DNA from: Polyangiales bacterium
GTDB lineage: Bacteria > Myxococcota_A > Polyangia > Polyangiales > JADJQN01
DNA: 64,000 bases
Direction: 5' to 3'
NCBI GenBank assembly: GCA_964202905.1
Contig: CAXNJO010000002.1
Location: 128,001 to 192,000, forward strand
Part shown: in pieces, positions 23,364 through 34,714 of the stretch
Layout: each line of letters starts with the position of its first letter
Numbering within the stretch: the stretch's first letter is position 1
Program-made: the position numbers and the translations under genes
The notes under the pieces: model-generated
The model's input: the letters and a program-made list of their open reading frames with translations, nothing else
Told to the model about the DNA's origin: nothing
Database searches by the model: none

Positions 23364-24119
23364 ATGGATCCCAACACGCTCCGCGCCATGCTCGAGGCCG
23401 TCCAACGCGGCGACACGGGGGTCGACGACGCCCTCGCGCAGCTGCGTGACCTGCCCTTTCGGAGCCTCGGCTACGCGACCGTCGATCACCACCGCGCGCT
23501 CCGCCTCGGCCACCCGGAGGTCATCTTCGGCGCCGGCAAGACCCCGGAACAGCTGCTCGGAATCATCCACGAGATCGCTTCGCACGGGCAGAACGTGCTC
23601 GCGACGCGCGTGTCCCCCGAGTCTGCCGCGTGGGTGACGGCGCAGCTCCCGGCGCTCGCGTACGACGCGCTCTCGCGGACGCTGTGGCTCGAGCAGCGAC
23701 CCGTGGAGGTCCGAGGTCGCGGGACCATCTGCGTGGTGAGCGCGGGCACGAGCGACCAGTCCGTCGCGCAGGAGGCCGCGATCACCGCGCGCGCGCTCGG
23801 CAACGAGGTGCACACGGTCTACGACGTCGGCGTCGCCGGGCTGCACCGCCTGCTCGCGCGGCGGGGCGAGCTCGAGGCCGCGAGCGTACTCATCGTCGTC
23901 GCGGGGATGGAAGCCGCGCTCGCGAGCGTCGTGGGGGGGCTGGTCCCACGACCGATCATCGCGGTGCCCACGTCCGTCGGCTACGGCGCGCACTTCCACG
24001 GCCTCGCCTCGCTGCTCGGCATGCTCAACAGCTGCGCGTCGGGCGTCACCGTCGTCAACATCGACAACGGCTTCGGCGCGGCCTTCGCCGCGAGCCTCAT
24101 CAACCGGCGGGAGTCCTGA
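23364..24119 (+). CDS. larB: Nickel-pincer cofactor biosynthesis protein LarB
   Basis: DHHR...G-PEVIFG-GKT, AGTSD, DVGVAGLHR, AGME, VPTSVGYG, VVNIDNGFGAA. Confidence 0.95.
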   Translation: MDPNTLRAMLEAVQRGDTGVDDALAQLRDLPFRSLGYATVDHHRALRLGHPEVIFGAGKTPEQLLGIIHEIASHGQNVLATRVSPESAAWVTAQLPALAYDALSRTLWLEQRPVEVRGRGTICVVSAGTSDQSVAQEAAITARALGNEVHTVYDVGVAGLHRLLARRGELEAASVLIVVAGMEAALASVVGGLVPRPIIAVPTSVGYGAHFHGLASLLGMLNSCASGVTVVNIDNGFGAAFAASLINRRES

Positions 24120-25564
24120 TGGCCCACGGCGACGCGCACGATCACGATCACACGCACGGCCACGTGCACGACGGCGCGGACGAGCACGATCAGACGCGCG
24201 GCCACGTGCACGACGGCGCCTACGATCACGGGCACACGCACGATCACGATCACGATCACGGGCACGCCCACGATCACGGTCACGTCACCGCCTCGGATCC
24301 CGCGCACGGAGACGACCACGTCCACCCGCGCGGAGGGCCCCGGAACACACCGCTCGCGCGTGGCGCCGGGCAGGGGAAGCTCCTCTTTCTCGACGCGTTC
24401 AGCGGCGTCGCGGGCGACATGCTCGTCGCGGCGCTGCTCGACCTCGGCGTGCCGCGGGCGCCCATCGACGCGGCGCTCGCCGGGCTGCCGCTCACGGGCT
24501 ACCGCGTCCGCACCTTCGACGTCTCGCGGTCGGGGATCGTCGCCACGCGCCTCACGGTCGACGTCGCGCGCGGGCAGCCGCAGCGCACGTACGCGGCGAT
24601 CCGCGCCATGATCGAGGCTGCGCCGCTCGCGGAAGGCGCGCGCCTGCTCGCGCTGCGGGCCTTCCGCATCCTCGGCGAGGCGGAGGCCGACGTGCACCGG
24701 ATCCCCATCGAGGAGGTGCACTTCCACGAGGTCGGCGCGGTCGACTCGATCGTGGACACCGTCGCGGCCGCGGTCGCGCTCGACTGGATCGGCGCGCGCG
24801 TGGTCGCGTCGCCGCTGCCGATGGGGCGCGGCTTCATCCGCGCACAACATGGGATCTTGCCGGTGCCCGCGCCGGCGACGGTGCTCGCGCTCCGCGGCGT
24901 GCCCACGGTCGACACGGCGTGCAGCGCGGAGCTGGTCACGCCGACCGGCGCGTGTCTCGTCGCGGCGGCCGCGCGATCCTTCGCGCGGTGGCCCGCGATG
25001 CGGCCCGAGCGCGTCGGCTGGGGCGCAGGGGCCCGCGTGCTCGCGGACCGCCCGAACGTGCTGCGCGTGGTGCTCGGCGCGCCGGAAGACGGCGCGCTGC
25101 GCAGCGGCGACGACGCAGCCGACGCGACGCACACCGTGCTCGAGGCGAACCTCGACGACATGAGCGGCGAGCTCGCCGCGCACGCGATCGAGCGCGCGAT
25201 CGCGCGGGGCGCCCTCGACGCGTGGGCGACGCCGATCGTCATGAAGAAGGGGCGCCCTGCCCTCAAGCTCTCCGCGATCGCGCGGCGCGCGGACGCGGGC
25301 GAGGTGGCCCGCACGCTCCTCGCGGAGTCGACCAGCCTCGGGGTGCGCGCCCACGACGTGCGCCGCCACGAGCGGCCGCGGCGCCTCGTCGAGGTCCACA
25401 CGGCGTACGGCACCATCCCGGTGAAGGTCGCGGACGGTGACGACCTGCCGCCGCACGCCGCACCCGAACACGATGCCTGCCGGGCGGCCGCGCTCGCGCA
25501 CGACGTGCCGCTGCGCGCCGTGTACACCGCCGCGCTCGAGGCCTGGGGCGCGCTGCGCGGCTGA
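24119..25564 (+). CDS. larC: Nickel insertase LarC with His-rich N-terminus
   Basis: SGVAGDM, EEVHFHEVGAVDSIVD, HG-LPVPAPAT, ELVTPTGA, EANLDD, MKKGRP; overlaps larB stop. Confidence 0.95.
   Translation: MAHGDAHDHDHTHGHVHDGADEHDQTRGHVHDGAYDHGHTHDHDHDHGHAHDHGHVTASDPAHGDDHVHPRGGPRNTPLARGAGQGKLLFLDAFSGVAGDMLVAALLDLGVPRAPIDAALAGLPLTGYRVRTFDVSRSGIVATRLTVDVARGQPQRTYAAIRAMIEAAPLAEGARLLALRAFRILGEAEADVHRIPIEEVHFHEVGAVDSIVDTVAAAVALDWIGARVVASPLPMGRGFIRAQHGILPVPAPATVLALRGVPTVDTACSAELVTPTGACLVAAAARSFARWPAMRPERVGWGAGARVLADRPNVLRVVLGAPEDGALRSGDDAADATHTVLEANLDDMSGELAAHAIERAIARGALDAWATPIVMKKGRPALKLSAIARRADAGEVARTLLAESTSLGVRAHDVRRHERPRRLVEVHTAYGTIPVKVADGDDLPPHAAPEHDACRAAALAHDVPLRAVYTAALEAWGALRG
24125..24325 (+). 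repeat. His/Asp/Gly-rich coding repeats in larC
   Basis: Repeated cacgat units and duplicated ggccacgtgcacgacggcgc; about 23 His in the first 69 codons. Confidence 0.9.
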
Positions 25565-25589
25565 GCGGGCGGTCGGCAGCGCGGCGCGG

Positions 25590-28500
25590 TCAGCGCACGG
25601 CGTCTTCGAGTCCGAGCCGGCGAATCATCTTTTGCAGGCCGAACCGCGAGACGCCGAGGGCGCGCGCCGCGGCGGCCTGCGTGCCGTGCTCGGCGAGCGC
25701 GCGGCGGATGAGGCGACGCTCGAGCGCGACCGTCTGGCCTCGCAGGTCGAGCGCGTCGAGGGGCGACCCCTCGCGGGACTCCGTGCGCTCGGGGCCGGTC
25801 ACGGCGGGGGAGAGATCCTCCGGGCGGAGGACGTCGGTCGCGAGCAGCAGCGCGCGCTGCACTTCGTTCTCGAGCTGGCGGACGTTGCCGGGCCACGGGT
25901 GCGCCTGCAGCAGCGCGAGCGCGCGGCGATCGACGCTGATCGCGCGGCCCCGCGCGTGCTTCTCGACGAAGTGCGCGACGAGCGGCGCGATGTCCGCGAC
26001 GCGCGCGCGCAGCGGCGGGACCGCGACGTTCACGACGGCGAGCCGGTAGTAGAGGTCCTGCCGGAAGGTCCCGGCGCGGAGCATCGCCTCGAGGTCGCGG
26101 TGCGTCGCCGCGATCACGCGCACGTCGACCTTGCGCGTCCGCTCGCCGCCGACCGCGCGGACCTCGCCCTCCTGCAACACGCGCAGCAATTTCGTCTGCA
26201 TCCCGGGGCTCATCTCGCCGATCTCGTCGAGCAGGAGCGTGCCGCCGTCCGCGGCCTCGAAGAGCCCGGCGCGCGCGCGGTCGGCGCCGGTGAACGCGCC
26301 CCGCACGTGCCCGAACAACGTGCTCTCGAGCAGCGGCTCGGGGATCGCGCCGCAGTTCTCGCTGACGAAGGGCCGGTCCCGCCGCGGGGAGAGCGCGTGG
26401 ATCGCGCGCGCGACGAGCTCCTTGCCGACGCCGCTCTCCCCGAGCACGAGCACCGGCACCTCCGCGACCGCGACGCGCTCGACGAGGCCCGCGACGCGAC
26501 GCATCGGCTCGCTGTCGCCGATGAGCCCGGCGAGGGGCGCCGCCTGACCGAGACGGCGCAGGCCGACGAGCTCGACGCCCTGACGCTCGACCGTCTCGGC
26601 GAGCGTGCGCCGCAGCCGCTCGAGACGCCGCGCGCTCCGCCGCTCGCGCCGCACCGACTCAGCGCTCGCGAGGGCGAGGGCCGCGAGATCGGCGAGGTCC
26701 AAGAGCAGCGCCACGTCGGCCGCGCCGAACGCGCCCGCGCGCAGGCGGTCGTCGAGGTAGAGCACGCCATCCGCGCCGTCCCCGAACCGCAGGGGCACCG
26801 CGACGACCGACCGCAGCGCGAGCGCGTGCACGCTCGCCGCCGCGTCGAGCCGTCCGTCCGCGGAGGCATCGACCGTCGCGAGCGGCGTCCCCTCGTCGAG
26901 CGCGCGCGCCGCGATCGAGCGCGAGAAGCCGGGCGCCTCGCCGTCACCGCCACGCCGCGCGAGGCCCCGATAGCCGCGCACGCGCCAGACGCCGTCGCTC
27001 TCGCGTGCGACGAGCAGCGCGCGCTCGGCGCCGCTCAACTCGAGCGCCGCGTCGAGCACCACGCCCACGAGCCGCGCCGGCGACTGCTCGGCCCCGAGGC
27101 GCTTCGCGAGTCCCGCGAGCCGACGCCAGCGCAAGTCCTCCGACGCCGGGAGACGGAGCGACGCCGCACCGACCCCGGGGGCGGCAGGCGCCTGCGCGAG
27201 CGCGAGGGCGCGGCGGTGCTCGGGCACGGCGCGCAGCGCGGCGCGGGCCGACGATGGCAGCGACGCGGCCGCGTCGTCGAGCAGGCCGCGCGCCTCGGCG
27301 ACGCGCCGCGGTCGCTGCGGCCTCGTCGCCCGCACGGGTGGCCGCGTCACCGACGACGAGCGCCGCACGCAGCCGCAGTTCCCACGGCGCCGTCCGCAGC
27401 CGCGCGTGCGCCGCCTGCGCGTGCGCGAGGGCGCGGGGGCCGTCGTCGGCAGCGAGCGCGAGCGCGGCGTCGGCGAGCGCGACCTCGGCGCGCGCGGCGT
27501 CGAGATCGGCGGCCTCGGCCGAGACGTGCGCAGCCGCTCTCCGCGACGACGCCGTGACTGAATCTCCATTCAGCGCCGCGACGATGGCCGCGCGCGCGCA
27601 GAGCGCGGCGTGCAGCGCGGGGGGCGCGCCGGCTCCGGCGAGCGCGAGCCCCGACGCGAGGGCGGACGCGGCCTCCTCGAGCGCGCCCCGGCGACGCGCG
27701 AGGTCGGCGCGGAGCAGCGCCGTGTGCGCGCGCAGCACGAGGTCGCCCGCCGCGAGCGACTCCGCCTGCGCGAGCGCGATCGGCGCGAGGTCGTCGTCCC
27801 CCGCGAGGTGCGCGGCGTTCGCGAGGTTGTAGGCGGCGCGCGCGGCGTCCGCGTCGCGCCCGATCGCGACGAGACGCCGGGCCCCGTCGCGGAGCGCGTC
27901 GATGGCCGGCCCGAGCTCGCCGAGATCAAGGCGCGCGAGGCCGACGTTCACCGCGAAGCTCGCCGCGGCGTGCGCCTCGCCCGCGGCCTCGGCGAGCTCC
28001 CGCGCGCGCCCCGCCTCGACGGCGACCGCGCGGACGTCGCCGCGCCCGTGCGCGACCGCCGCGAGCAACGACGTCGCGCGCGCCTCGGCGCCGCGATCCC
28101 CCGCAACCCGCGCAGCGCGGAGCGCACCGTCCGCCGCCTCGGCGGCCTCGCGCACCGCACCGCGCGAGAGCGCCTCGAGCGCGAGCACCTCTTCCGCGCG
28201 CGCACGCGTCGGCGCGTGGGACGGCTCGTCGCTCACCGCGATCCGCCGCAACGCCCGCAGCGCATCGGCGAGCGCGCCATCCGCCGGCGCGGGCGCGCCG
28301 TGCTGCGCGGCGTCGAGGGCGAGCCGCGCGAGCAGCGCACGCCGCGGCGCGCGCCGACGCGGGCGCCGTTTCGTCGTCGCGCACGCGCGCGGCGGTCGCC
28401 CACGCGGCGGACACCTCACCGCGAAGCCGCGCAATCTCCGCGCGCGCGACGAGTCCCGCGGGGTCGTCGCAGGACGCGAGCAGCGCGTCGGCCTCGCCGT

Positions 28501-30495
28501 AGCGGGCGAGCGCGCGACACGCGTCGGCGAGCGCACGGAGGACCGCGGGTCGCGGGCCGAGCGCATCGCGCAGCGACGCCGCGAGCGCGACGACGGCGTC
28601 GGGCTCACCCCGCCGACGCATCGCGGCGAGCACGCCGAGCAGCGTGTGCTCCGCCTCGTCCACGGCGCCCGACGCCGCCTGGGCGAAGCCGCGCACGAGC
28701 GCCTCGCGCGACGCGACGGCGAGCAGCGCCTCGCCGACCACGCGTCGTCGGCCCGCGGGCAGCGGCGCGAGGACCGCGCGCGAGACGTCCTCGCGCAACG
28801 TGAGGCGCCCGTCCGCGTCGCGTGAGGCGTGGCCCGCGGCCTCGAGCGAACGGGCCGCAGCGTGCGCTTGGCGCGCCCCCATGGCCGCCGCGGCGTCGCG
28901 CGCCGGGAGCGCGCCTCCCGCGATGGCGACCAGCTCGGCGAGCCGCGTGGCATCCGCGTCGGGCGAGCGCCAGACGTCACCGCCCGCGTCGCGCGCGGAG
29001 GCGCGCAGCGTCGCGGCGCGCAGGGGATCGGCGCCGCGCGCGCACGCCGAGGCGAGCAGGCGACAGAGCCGTCCCGCGAGCCCGCCGCACGCGGCGAGCG
29101 CCGCCTCGACGAGGGCGTCCGTCGCGGGCGCGTGCGCGCTCGGCGTCCCCGCGCTTTCGAGCCGGGCGAGCGCGGCACCGGCCGTGTCGAGCAGCGCCCG
29201 CACGCCCTCCCACGCGAGGGCGGTGACGGCGATCGCGCGCACCCCGCGCGGCGCCTCGCACACCTCGAGCACCACCGTGAGCGCCGTCCCGTCGATGGCC
29301 GCCGCGCGGACGAGCGCAGCCGCACGCGCCGCGCTTCCCGGGGCTTCTTCACGGACGTAGCACCGCGTCGTACGCCGGCGCGACGCTCGGCACGCCCCGC
29401 ACGCCGACGTAGGTGGGCACGCGATCGCCCGCCACGACGCGCGCTCGCTGCGCGCGCCGGACGGCCTCTTCGACGAGCCGCGAACGCCCGGCACCGCGCG
29501 GCCCGCACACGGCGACGACGCCCCCCGCGGCGAGACCCTCCCCGAGCGCCGCGAGCGCCACCTCCGCCCCGACGAGCGGCAGCCGCGCGAGCACCATCGC
29601 GCGCTCCGCGGGCGTGGACGCCGCGCCCAGCCAAGCCCCCGCCGCCTGCGCGGGCGGCTTCGCGCGCGACGCGCGGCCCGGTCGCGCCGGGGGCCGACAC
29701 GAGCGCAAGCTGCGCCGCGACCTCGCGGGCGGTCGCGGGTCGATCGTCCGGGTCCGGCGCGCGCAAGCGCAGGAGCAGCGCCGCGAGCGCGGGCGGGATG
29801 CCCGCCGGGACGGCCTCGTGCGACGGGCCCGCGCCGAGCAGCTCCGCGAGCGTCACGCCGAGCGCGAAGAGGTCCGTGCCCACGCTCGCGACGCCGAGCC
29901 ACGCCTCGGGCGCGAGGTACGCGGGGCTCCCCGACACCCCGGCCGATGCCCCCGGAGCCCGCGCGGCGCCGAGGTCCACGAGCCGCGCGGCAGGCGCCGT
30001 CGGCGCTTCTGCGTCCTCCGGCACGAGCACGTTCGCGGGCTTGACGTCGCCGTGCACGAAGCCGGCGGCGTGCACGGCCGCAAGCGCCCGCGCGACGGCT
30101 TCTCCGATCGCGCACACGCGCGCGGCGCGCCCGGCCGCGTCGTCCACGCGCATCGCCTCGAGGGCCTCGAGCGCCGGACGCCCGACGACGTGCTCCTCGA
30201 CGAGCAGCGCCGCCCCCGCCTCGAGTCCGAAGGGCGCGCCGACGGGCGCCTCGAGCCGCAGCAGCTCGTGCACGCGCGCGAGCCCCGGATGTGCGATGGC
30301 CGCGAGCGCGTCGCACTCCCACGCGAGCCGCGCCGCATCCGACGCCGCGACGACCTTCACCGCGCGCGGCGCGCCGCCGTCCGCCGCGTCGGCGACGAGG
30401 AACACGCGCCCGGTCGCCCCGCGCCCCAACTCACGGACGTACGCGTAGCGCCCCGCGAGCCACCCCCCACCCGCCAACTCGGTTGCATCGCGCAT
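25590..30495 (-). CDS. Ser/Thr kinase - P-loop/helical repeat - GAF - sigma54 activator - Fis HTH fusion (about 1630 aa; four apparent frameshifts)
   Basis: Kinase [44 protein letters not shown]...LRSVVAVPL...[40 protein letters not shown]; coding frame changes near 29690, 29360, 28345, 27305. Confidence 0.8.
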
Positions 30496-30634
30496 CGCCT
30501 ATTTTTGAGGGACATGACGACAATCCGCAACATGGTTGACACGATGTCGCGGCGCGCGGCGCGGGAGACACGGCGAAGCGCGCGGCGAGCACGGCCTCGC
30601 GCCCACGCGGGACCGCGCCCGGCCCCCAGCGCGC

Positions 30635-31819
30635 TCAGTAGCGCAGCCAGGCGGCGCGCGCGGCGGCGAAGCGCGCGGCGCCCTCGTCCTCGGCGGCGAG
30701 CACGGCCTCGAGTGCGTCAGCGTCCCCCGCATCGACGGCGCGGCGATACTCGGGCCCGCCCGTCAGCAGATCGATCGCGGGCCGATCGGCGACGTACTCG
30801 TACGTCTCGGTCCGCCAGCGGAAGGCCTCGCCCGCCTGCGCGCGCACGGCGGCGATGGCCCGCAGGTAGAGCGCGTACGAGCGCAGCGCGCGCGGGTCGT
30901 CGACGTGCACCTGCACCCCGCCGCAGAGCGCGCCCGCGTGCTTGTGGAAGGTCGGCTGGAAGGTGAGCGGCCGCAGCGCCGCGCCGGGACCGCGGACCGC
31001 GGCGGCGAGCGCGCGCCCGTCGACGAACGGCGCGCCCCAGATCTCGAACGGACGCGTGCTGCCGCGGCCCTCGCTGACGTTCGTGCCCTCGATGAGGCAG
31101 CCGCCCGGGTAGACCTCGGCCGTCTCCGGCGTGGGCATGTTCGGCGAGGGCAACACCCACGGGAGCCCCGTGTCCGCGAAGCGCATCGCGCGGGACCAGC
31201 CGCGCATCGTCACGACGCGGAGCGCCGCCTCGTCGAGGCCCTCGACCGCGCGCACCATCCCGGCCACTTCGCCGATCGTCAGGCCGTGGCGCACCGCGAC
31301 GTCGTAGAGCCCCACGAAGGAGCGGTAGCCCGGACGCTGCGGCGCGCCCTCGACGACCTCGCCGCCGAGCGGATTCGGCCGATCGAGCACGATCGTCTCG
31401 ACGCCCGCGGCCGCGCACGCGCGCAGCACGAGCGCCGCCGTCCACACGAACGTGTAGTAGCGGCTGCCGACGTCCTGCAGGTCGACGACCACCGCGTCGA
31501 GGCCCTCGAGCCACCCGCGGCGCGGCGAGAGGTCGGCCTCGGTCGCGCCGTAGAGCGAGCGGATCGCGGCGCCCGTCTCCGGGTCGCGCGCCTCGGCGAC
31601 GCCGATCATGTCCTGCGCCTCGCCGCCGTAGCCGTGCTCGGGCCCGAAGAGCACGCGCAGCTCGGCGCCCGCCTCGACCAGCCGTTGCTTTGCGTGCACG
31701 AGCCGCGCGTCGACGCTCGCCGGGTGCGCGACGAGGCCCACGCGCCGACCGCGTACGAGGGCGACCACGTCGGCCTCGCCGGCCGCGAGCCGATCGAGCC
31801 CCGTCGCGCAGCGCGCCAT
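30635..31819 (-). CDS. namZ: Exo-beta-N-acetylmuramidase NamZ family (DUF1343)
   Basis: LFGPEHG, DLQDVGSRYYTF, DRPNPLGG, PSPNMP, EGTNVSEGRG. Confidence 0.92.
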   Translation of the reverse strand: MARCATGLDRLAAGEADVVALVRGRRVGLVAHPASVDARLVHAKQRLVEAGAELRVLFGPEHGYGGEAQDMIGVAEARDPETGAAIRSLYGATEADLSPRRGWLEGLDAVVVDLQDVGSRYYTFVWTAALVLRACAAAGVETIVLDRPNPLGGEVVEGAPQRPGYRSFVGLYDVAVRHGLTIGEVAGMVRAVEGLDEAALRVVTMRGWSRAMRFADTGLPWVLPSPNMPTPETAEVYPGGCLIEGTNVSEGRGSTRPFEIWGAPFVDGRALAAAVRGPGAALRPLTFQPTFHKHAGALCGGVQVHVDDPRALRSYALYLRAIAAVRAQAGEAFRWRTETYEYVADRPAIDLLTGGPEYRRAVDAGDADALEAVLAAEDEGAARFAAARAAWLRY

Positions 31820-32766
31820 CAGCCGCCAACCTGCTCACCCGGCTCGGCGGCGAGCAGGTAGAGCACGGCCATGCGCACGGCGACGCCGGCCTCGACCTGC
31901 TCGAGCACCGCGCTCTGCGGCCCGTCGGCGACCTCCGACGAGATCTCGACGCCGCGGTTCATCGGCCCCGGGTGCATCACGAGCGCGTCGGGCTTCGCGA
32001 GGGCGAGCGTGCGCACCCCGACCCCGAACGTGCGCGCATACTCGCGGAGGCTCGGCAGGAGCGCGCCCTGGAGGCGCTCGCGCTGGATGCGCAGGACCAT
32101 CACGACGTCGGCGCCCTCGAGCGCGGGCTCGAGCGCGTCGAAGACCTTCACGCCGTACTGCGCCATCGCCGCGGGCATCAGCGTGCGGGGCGCGACCACG
32201 CGCACCTCGGCCCCGAAGAGCCGCAGCAGCAATGCGTTCGACCGGGCGACGCGCGAGTGCGTGACATCACCGCAGATGGTGACGATCAGCCCCTCGAGGC
32301 GCCCCTTGTGGCGACGGATCGTGAAGGCGTCGAGGAGCGCCTGCGTGGGGTGCTCGTGCTGACCGTCGCCCGCGTTGATGACGCTCGCGCGGATGCGCTT
32401 CGCGACGTAATCCGCGGCGCCGGAGGCCTCGTGCCGGAGGACGACGACGTCGGGGCGCATCGCCTCGAGCGTCTTCACGGTGTCGAAGAGCGTCTCGCCC
32501 TTCGACACACTCGACTGCGCGACGCTGATGTTGACGACGTCCGCCGAGAGCCGCTTGCCGGCGAGCTCGAAGCTCGTGCGCGTGCGCGTCGAGGCCTCGT
32601 AGAAGAGGTTGAGGATGGTCTTGCCGCGCAGCGTCGGGACCTTGCGCACCGGCCGCCGCGAGACCTCGTAAAAGGCCTCCGCCGTGTCGAGCACGTGGAC
32701 GACCTCGTCGGCGGTGAGGCCCTCGATCCCAAGGAGATGGCGCTGCGAAAGCCGTCGTTCGCTCAT
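31819..32766 (-). CDS. pyrB: Aspartate carbamoyltransferase catalytic subunit
   Basis: [43 protein letters not shown]. Confidence 0.98.
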   Translation of the reverse strand: MSERRLSQRHLLGIEGLTADEVVHVLDTAEAFYEVSRRPVRKVPTLRGKTILNLFYEASTRTRTSFELAGKRLSADVVNISVAQSSVSKGETLFDTVKTLEAMRPDVVVLRHEASGAADYVAKRIRASVINAGDGQHEHPTQALLDAFTIRRHKGRLEGLIVTICGDVTHSRVARSNALLLRLFGAEVRVVAPRTLMPAAMAQYGVKVFDALEPALEGADVVMVLRIQRERLQGALLPSLREYARTFGVGVRTLALAKPDALVMHPGPMNRGVEISSEVADGPQSAVLEQVEAGVAVRMAVLYLLAAEPGEQVGG

Positions 32767-32797
32767 GGACGGTCCTCGCGTTCGGCGGTGACGCGGC

Positions 32798-33364
32798 TCA
32801 TCGCGCCCTTCCGGCGCGCGCGCGGATGCTCACGCTCGGCGCGCCGTCCCCCTCCAGCACCACGTCGACGCGCGCGCTCGGGTCGATGTCGAGCACGCGT
32901 CCGATGAAGTCGGCCGCGATGGGCAGCTCGCGACCGCCGCGATCGCAGAGCACCGCGAGCCAGACGCGGCGCGGCCGGCCGTAGTCGAGGAGGCAATCGA
33001 TCGCCGCGCGGATCGTGCGCCCCGTCTGCAACACGTCGTCGACCACGACGACGTCCCGGCCGTCGACCGCGAAGCGCACGTCGCTCGGCCCGATCTTCGG
33101 ATCGGGGAGCGCCGTCGCCGCGTCGTCGCGGTAGAGGGCGATGTCGACGCTGCCGACCGGGACCGCGACGCCCTCGGTGCGCTGGATCTCGGCGGCGAGG
33201 CGCTGCGCAAGAGGGACGCCGCCGCGGCGCACGCCGACGAGCGCGAGGCGCGACACGCCGCCCGTCTGCTCGACGATCTCGAGGGCGAGGCGCCGGACGA
33301 CGCGCGCGATGGCCTCGGCGTCGAGGACCCGCTCGCCGCCGTCGCTGGCCCCTGACACCGTCAC
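32798..33364 (-). CDS. pyrR: PyrR regulator / uracil phosphoribosyltransferase
   Basis: [35 protein letters not shown]. Confidence 0.94.
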   Translation of the reverse strand: MTVSGASDGGERVLDAEAIARVVRRLALEIVEQTGGVSRLALVGVRRGGVPLAQRLAAEIQRTEGVAVPVGSVDIALYRDDAATALPDPKIGPSDVRFAVDGRDVVVVDDVLQTGRTIRAAIDCLLDYGRPRRVWLAVLCDRGGRELPIAADFIGRVLDIDPSARVDVVLEGDGAPSVSIRARAGRAR

Positions 33365-33371
33365 GGCGCGG

Positions 33372-33401
33372 GTTCTACGCGCTCGCGGGCGGCAGCGTCA
33401 A
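33372..33401 (-). promoter_or_regulatory. Putative sigma70 promoter of pyrR
   Basis: TTGACG-N18-TAGAAC ending 7 nt before the GTG start. Confidence 0.6.
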
Positions 33402-33463
33402 GCGCGCCCGTGCGTGCCGCCGGCGCGACGCGGGCATCGGTCCGCGCGACGCCGGTGCTCACG

Positions 33464-34039
33464 CTACGGGGCAGCGGGCACGGACGGCGCGATCGCACCC
33501 CGCCCCGCGAGCGGGTGCGGCATCGACTCGCCGTTGCGCTGGCGCTGCTGCATCTCGTACTTCGACGGGCAGCGCGGCACGACCTGCGAGGCGAGGAAGG
33601 CGTCGTCGCCCTCGAGACGCCCCTGCACGACGACGGTCAGGTTGACCCCGTCGCGGAAGGTGTCCGGCACGATGCACTGGGGGAAGCGCACGGGCAGCTC
33701 GCGCCCGTTCTTCTCGAGGGTGAAGCGCCACTCGCAGGGACTCTCGCGGAAGCGGATCGAGCCCTGCGTGAGCAACCCCTCGACGCGCAGCTCGCGGCCG
33801 CGCCAGCCTGCGGGGCTCGAGACGACCTCGTCGACGCGCTTCGAGTAGACGAAGGCCTCTTGCGCGCCCGAGCCGAGCAGGAGGAAGGCGACCACGCCGG
33901 CGAGTCCGGCGACGACGAGCGCGAGCTTCCAGCGGGGCAGACCGCCCGCCTCGCCCCCGCGCCCGCCCCCGTCAAGCGGGGCGCCGGCCACCTCGATCGC
34001 GACGGGGTCGACGGCGCTCGGCTCGGCACGCTCGGGCAT
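33464..34039 (-). CDS. ccmE: Cytochrome c maturation heme chaperone CcmE, CxxxY variant
   Basis: N-terminal TM, LRVEG...GSI, VPDTFRDG, VVVQG, F-ASQV, CPSKY. Confidence 0.85.
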   Translation of the reverse strand: MPERAEPSAVDPVAIEVAGAPLDGGGRGGEAGGLPRWKLALVVAGLAGVVAFLLLGSGAQEAFVYSKRVDEVVSSPAGWRGRELRVEGLLTQGSIRFRESPCEWRFTLEKNGRELPVRFPQCIVPDTFRDGVNLTVVVQGRLEGDDAFLASQVVPRCPSKYEMQQRQRNGESMPHPLAGRGAIAPSVPAAP

Positions 34040-34121
34040 CGGCGCGAGTCTGGGCGCAGGCGACGCGGCGCGCCAGCCTCCGCGCAGTGCGACCCGACGG
34101 ATCGGCCGGCTGCGCCGAACG

Positions 34122-34493
34122 TCAGTCGGGCGCGTCGTCGCCGAGGCCTGCGTCGTCGAGCGCGTCGCCGAGGTCGACTTCCGCGCGCGAGAGGAAACGC
34201 TCGAACGCCGCCGCACCACCCTCGACACCCGCGATCCGGAGCCCCATCCCGGGCTGCGACCCGGACGGTTCGCGCCGCGACCACACGACCACGGTCTGCA
34301 AGACGACCTCGCCCTGGGTCCGATCGCTCCACGTCACCCGCAGGCGGTCACCGACGGGCGGCGAGCTGGCCGTGCGGACGAAGAGTCCTCCGCGGCTCAC
34401 GTTCCACATCTGCACGAAGAGGGTCACCTGATCGCCCTCACACCAGACGCGCTGACGGACGGGGATGCGCGAGTGGCGTCGGTGGTCGGTCAT
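34122..34493 (-). CDS. PilZ-domain protein
   Basis: RRHSR (RxxxR), NVSRGGLFV, VVWSR, PGMGLR. Confidence 0.85.
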   Translation of the reverse strand: MTDHRRHSRIPVRQRVWCEGDQVTLFVQMWNVSRGGLFVRTASSPPVGDRLRVTWSDRTQGEVVLQTVVVWSRREPSGSQPGMGLRIAGVEGGAAAFERFLSRAEVDLGDALDDAGLGDDAPD

Positions 34494-34644
34494 GAGCCCT
34501 CGGGGTAAGGATGGTAACCCACAGACGCCGGCCGGGGCAGACCGTCTTGACGGCACGCCCGACCTCGAGCGCGGACCGCAAGCGCCGGACGTTTCCCTGA
34601 AGCCCCGGCATGAGGCGGCGCCGCGTGCGACGAGGACCGCACCA

Positions 34645-34673
34645 AAGCGAAAGGCCGCCCCGGGGGGCGGCCT
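34645..34673 (-). terminator. Intrinsic terminator after HU
   Basis: 9-bp stem AGGCCGCCC/GGGCGGCCT (34652-34673) followed on the minus strand by TTCGCTTT, about 40 nt after the stop. Confidence 0.7.
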
Positions 34674-34714
34674 CTCGACGCGGACGCGGGCGCGGGGCCC
34701 GCAGACCGCTGCGC

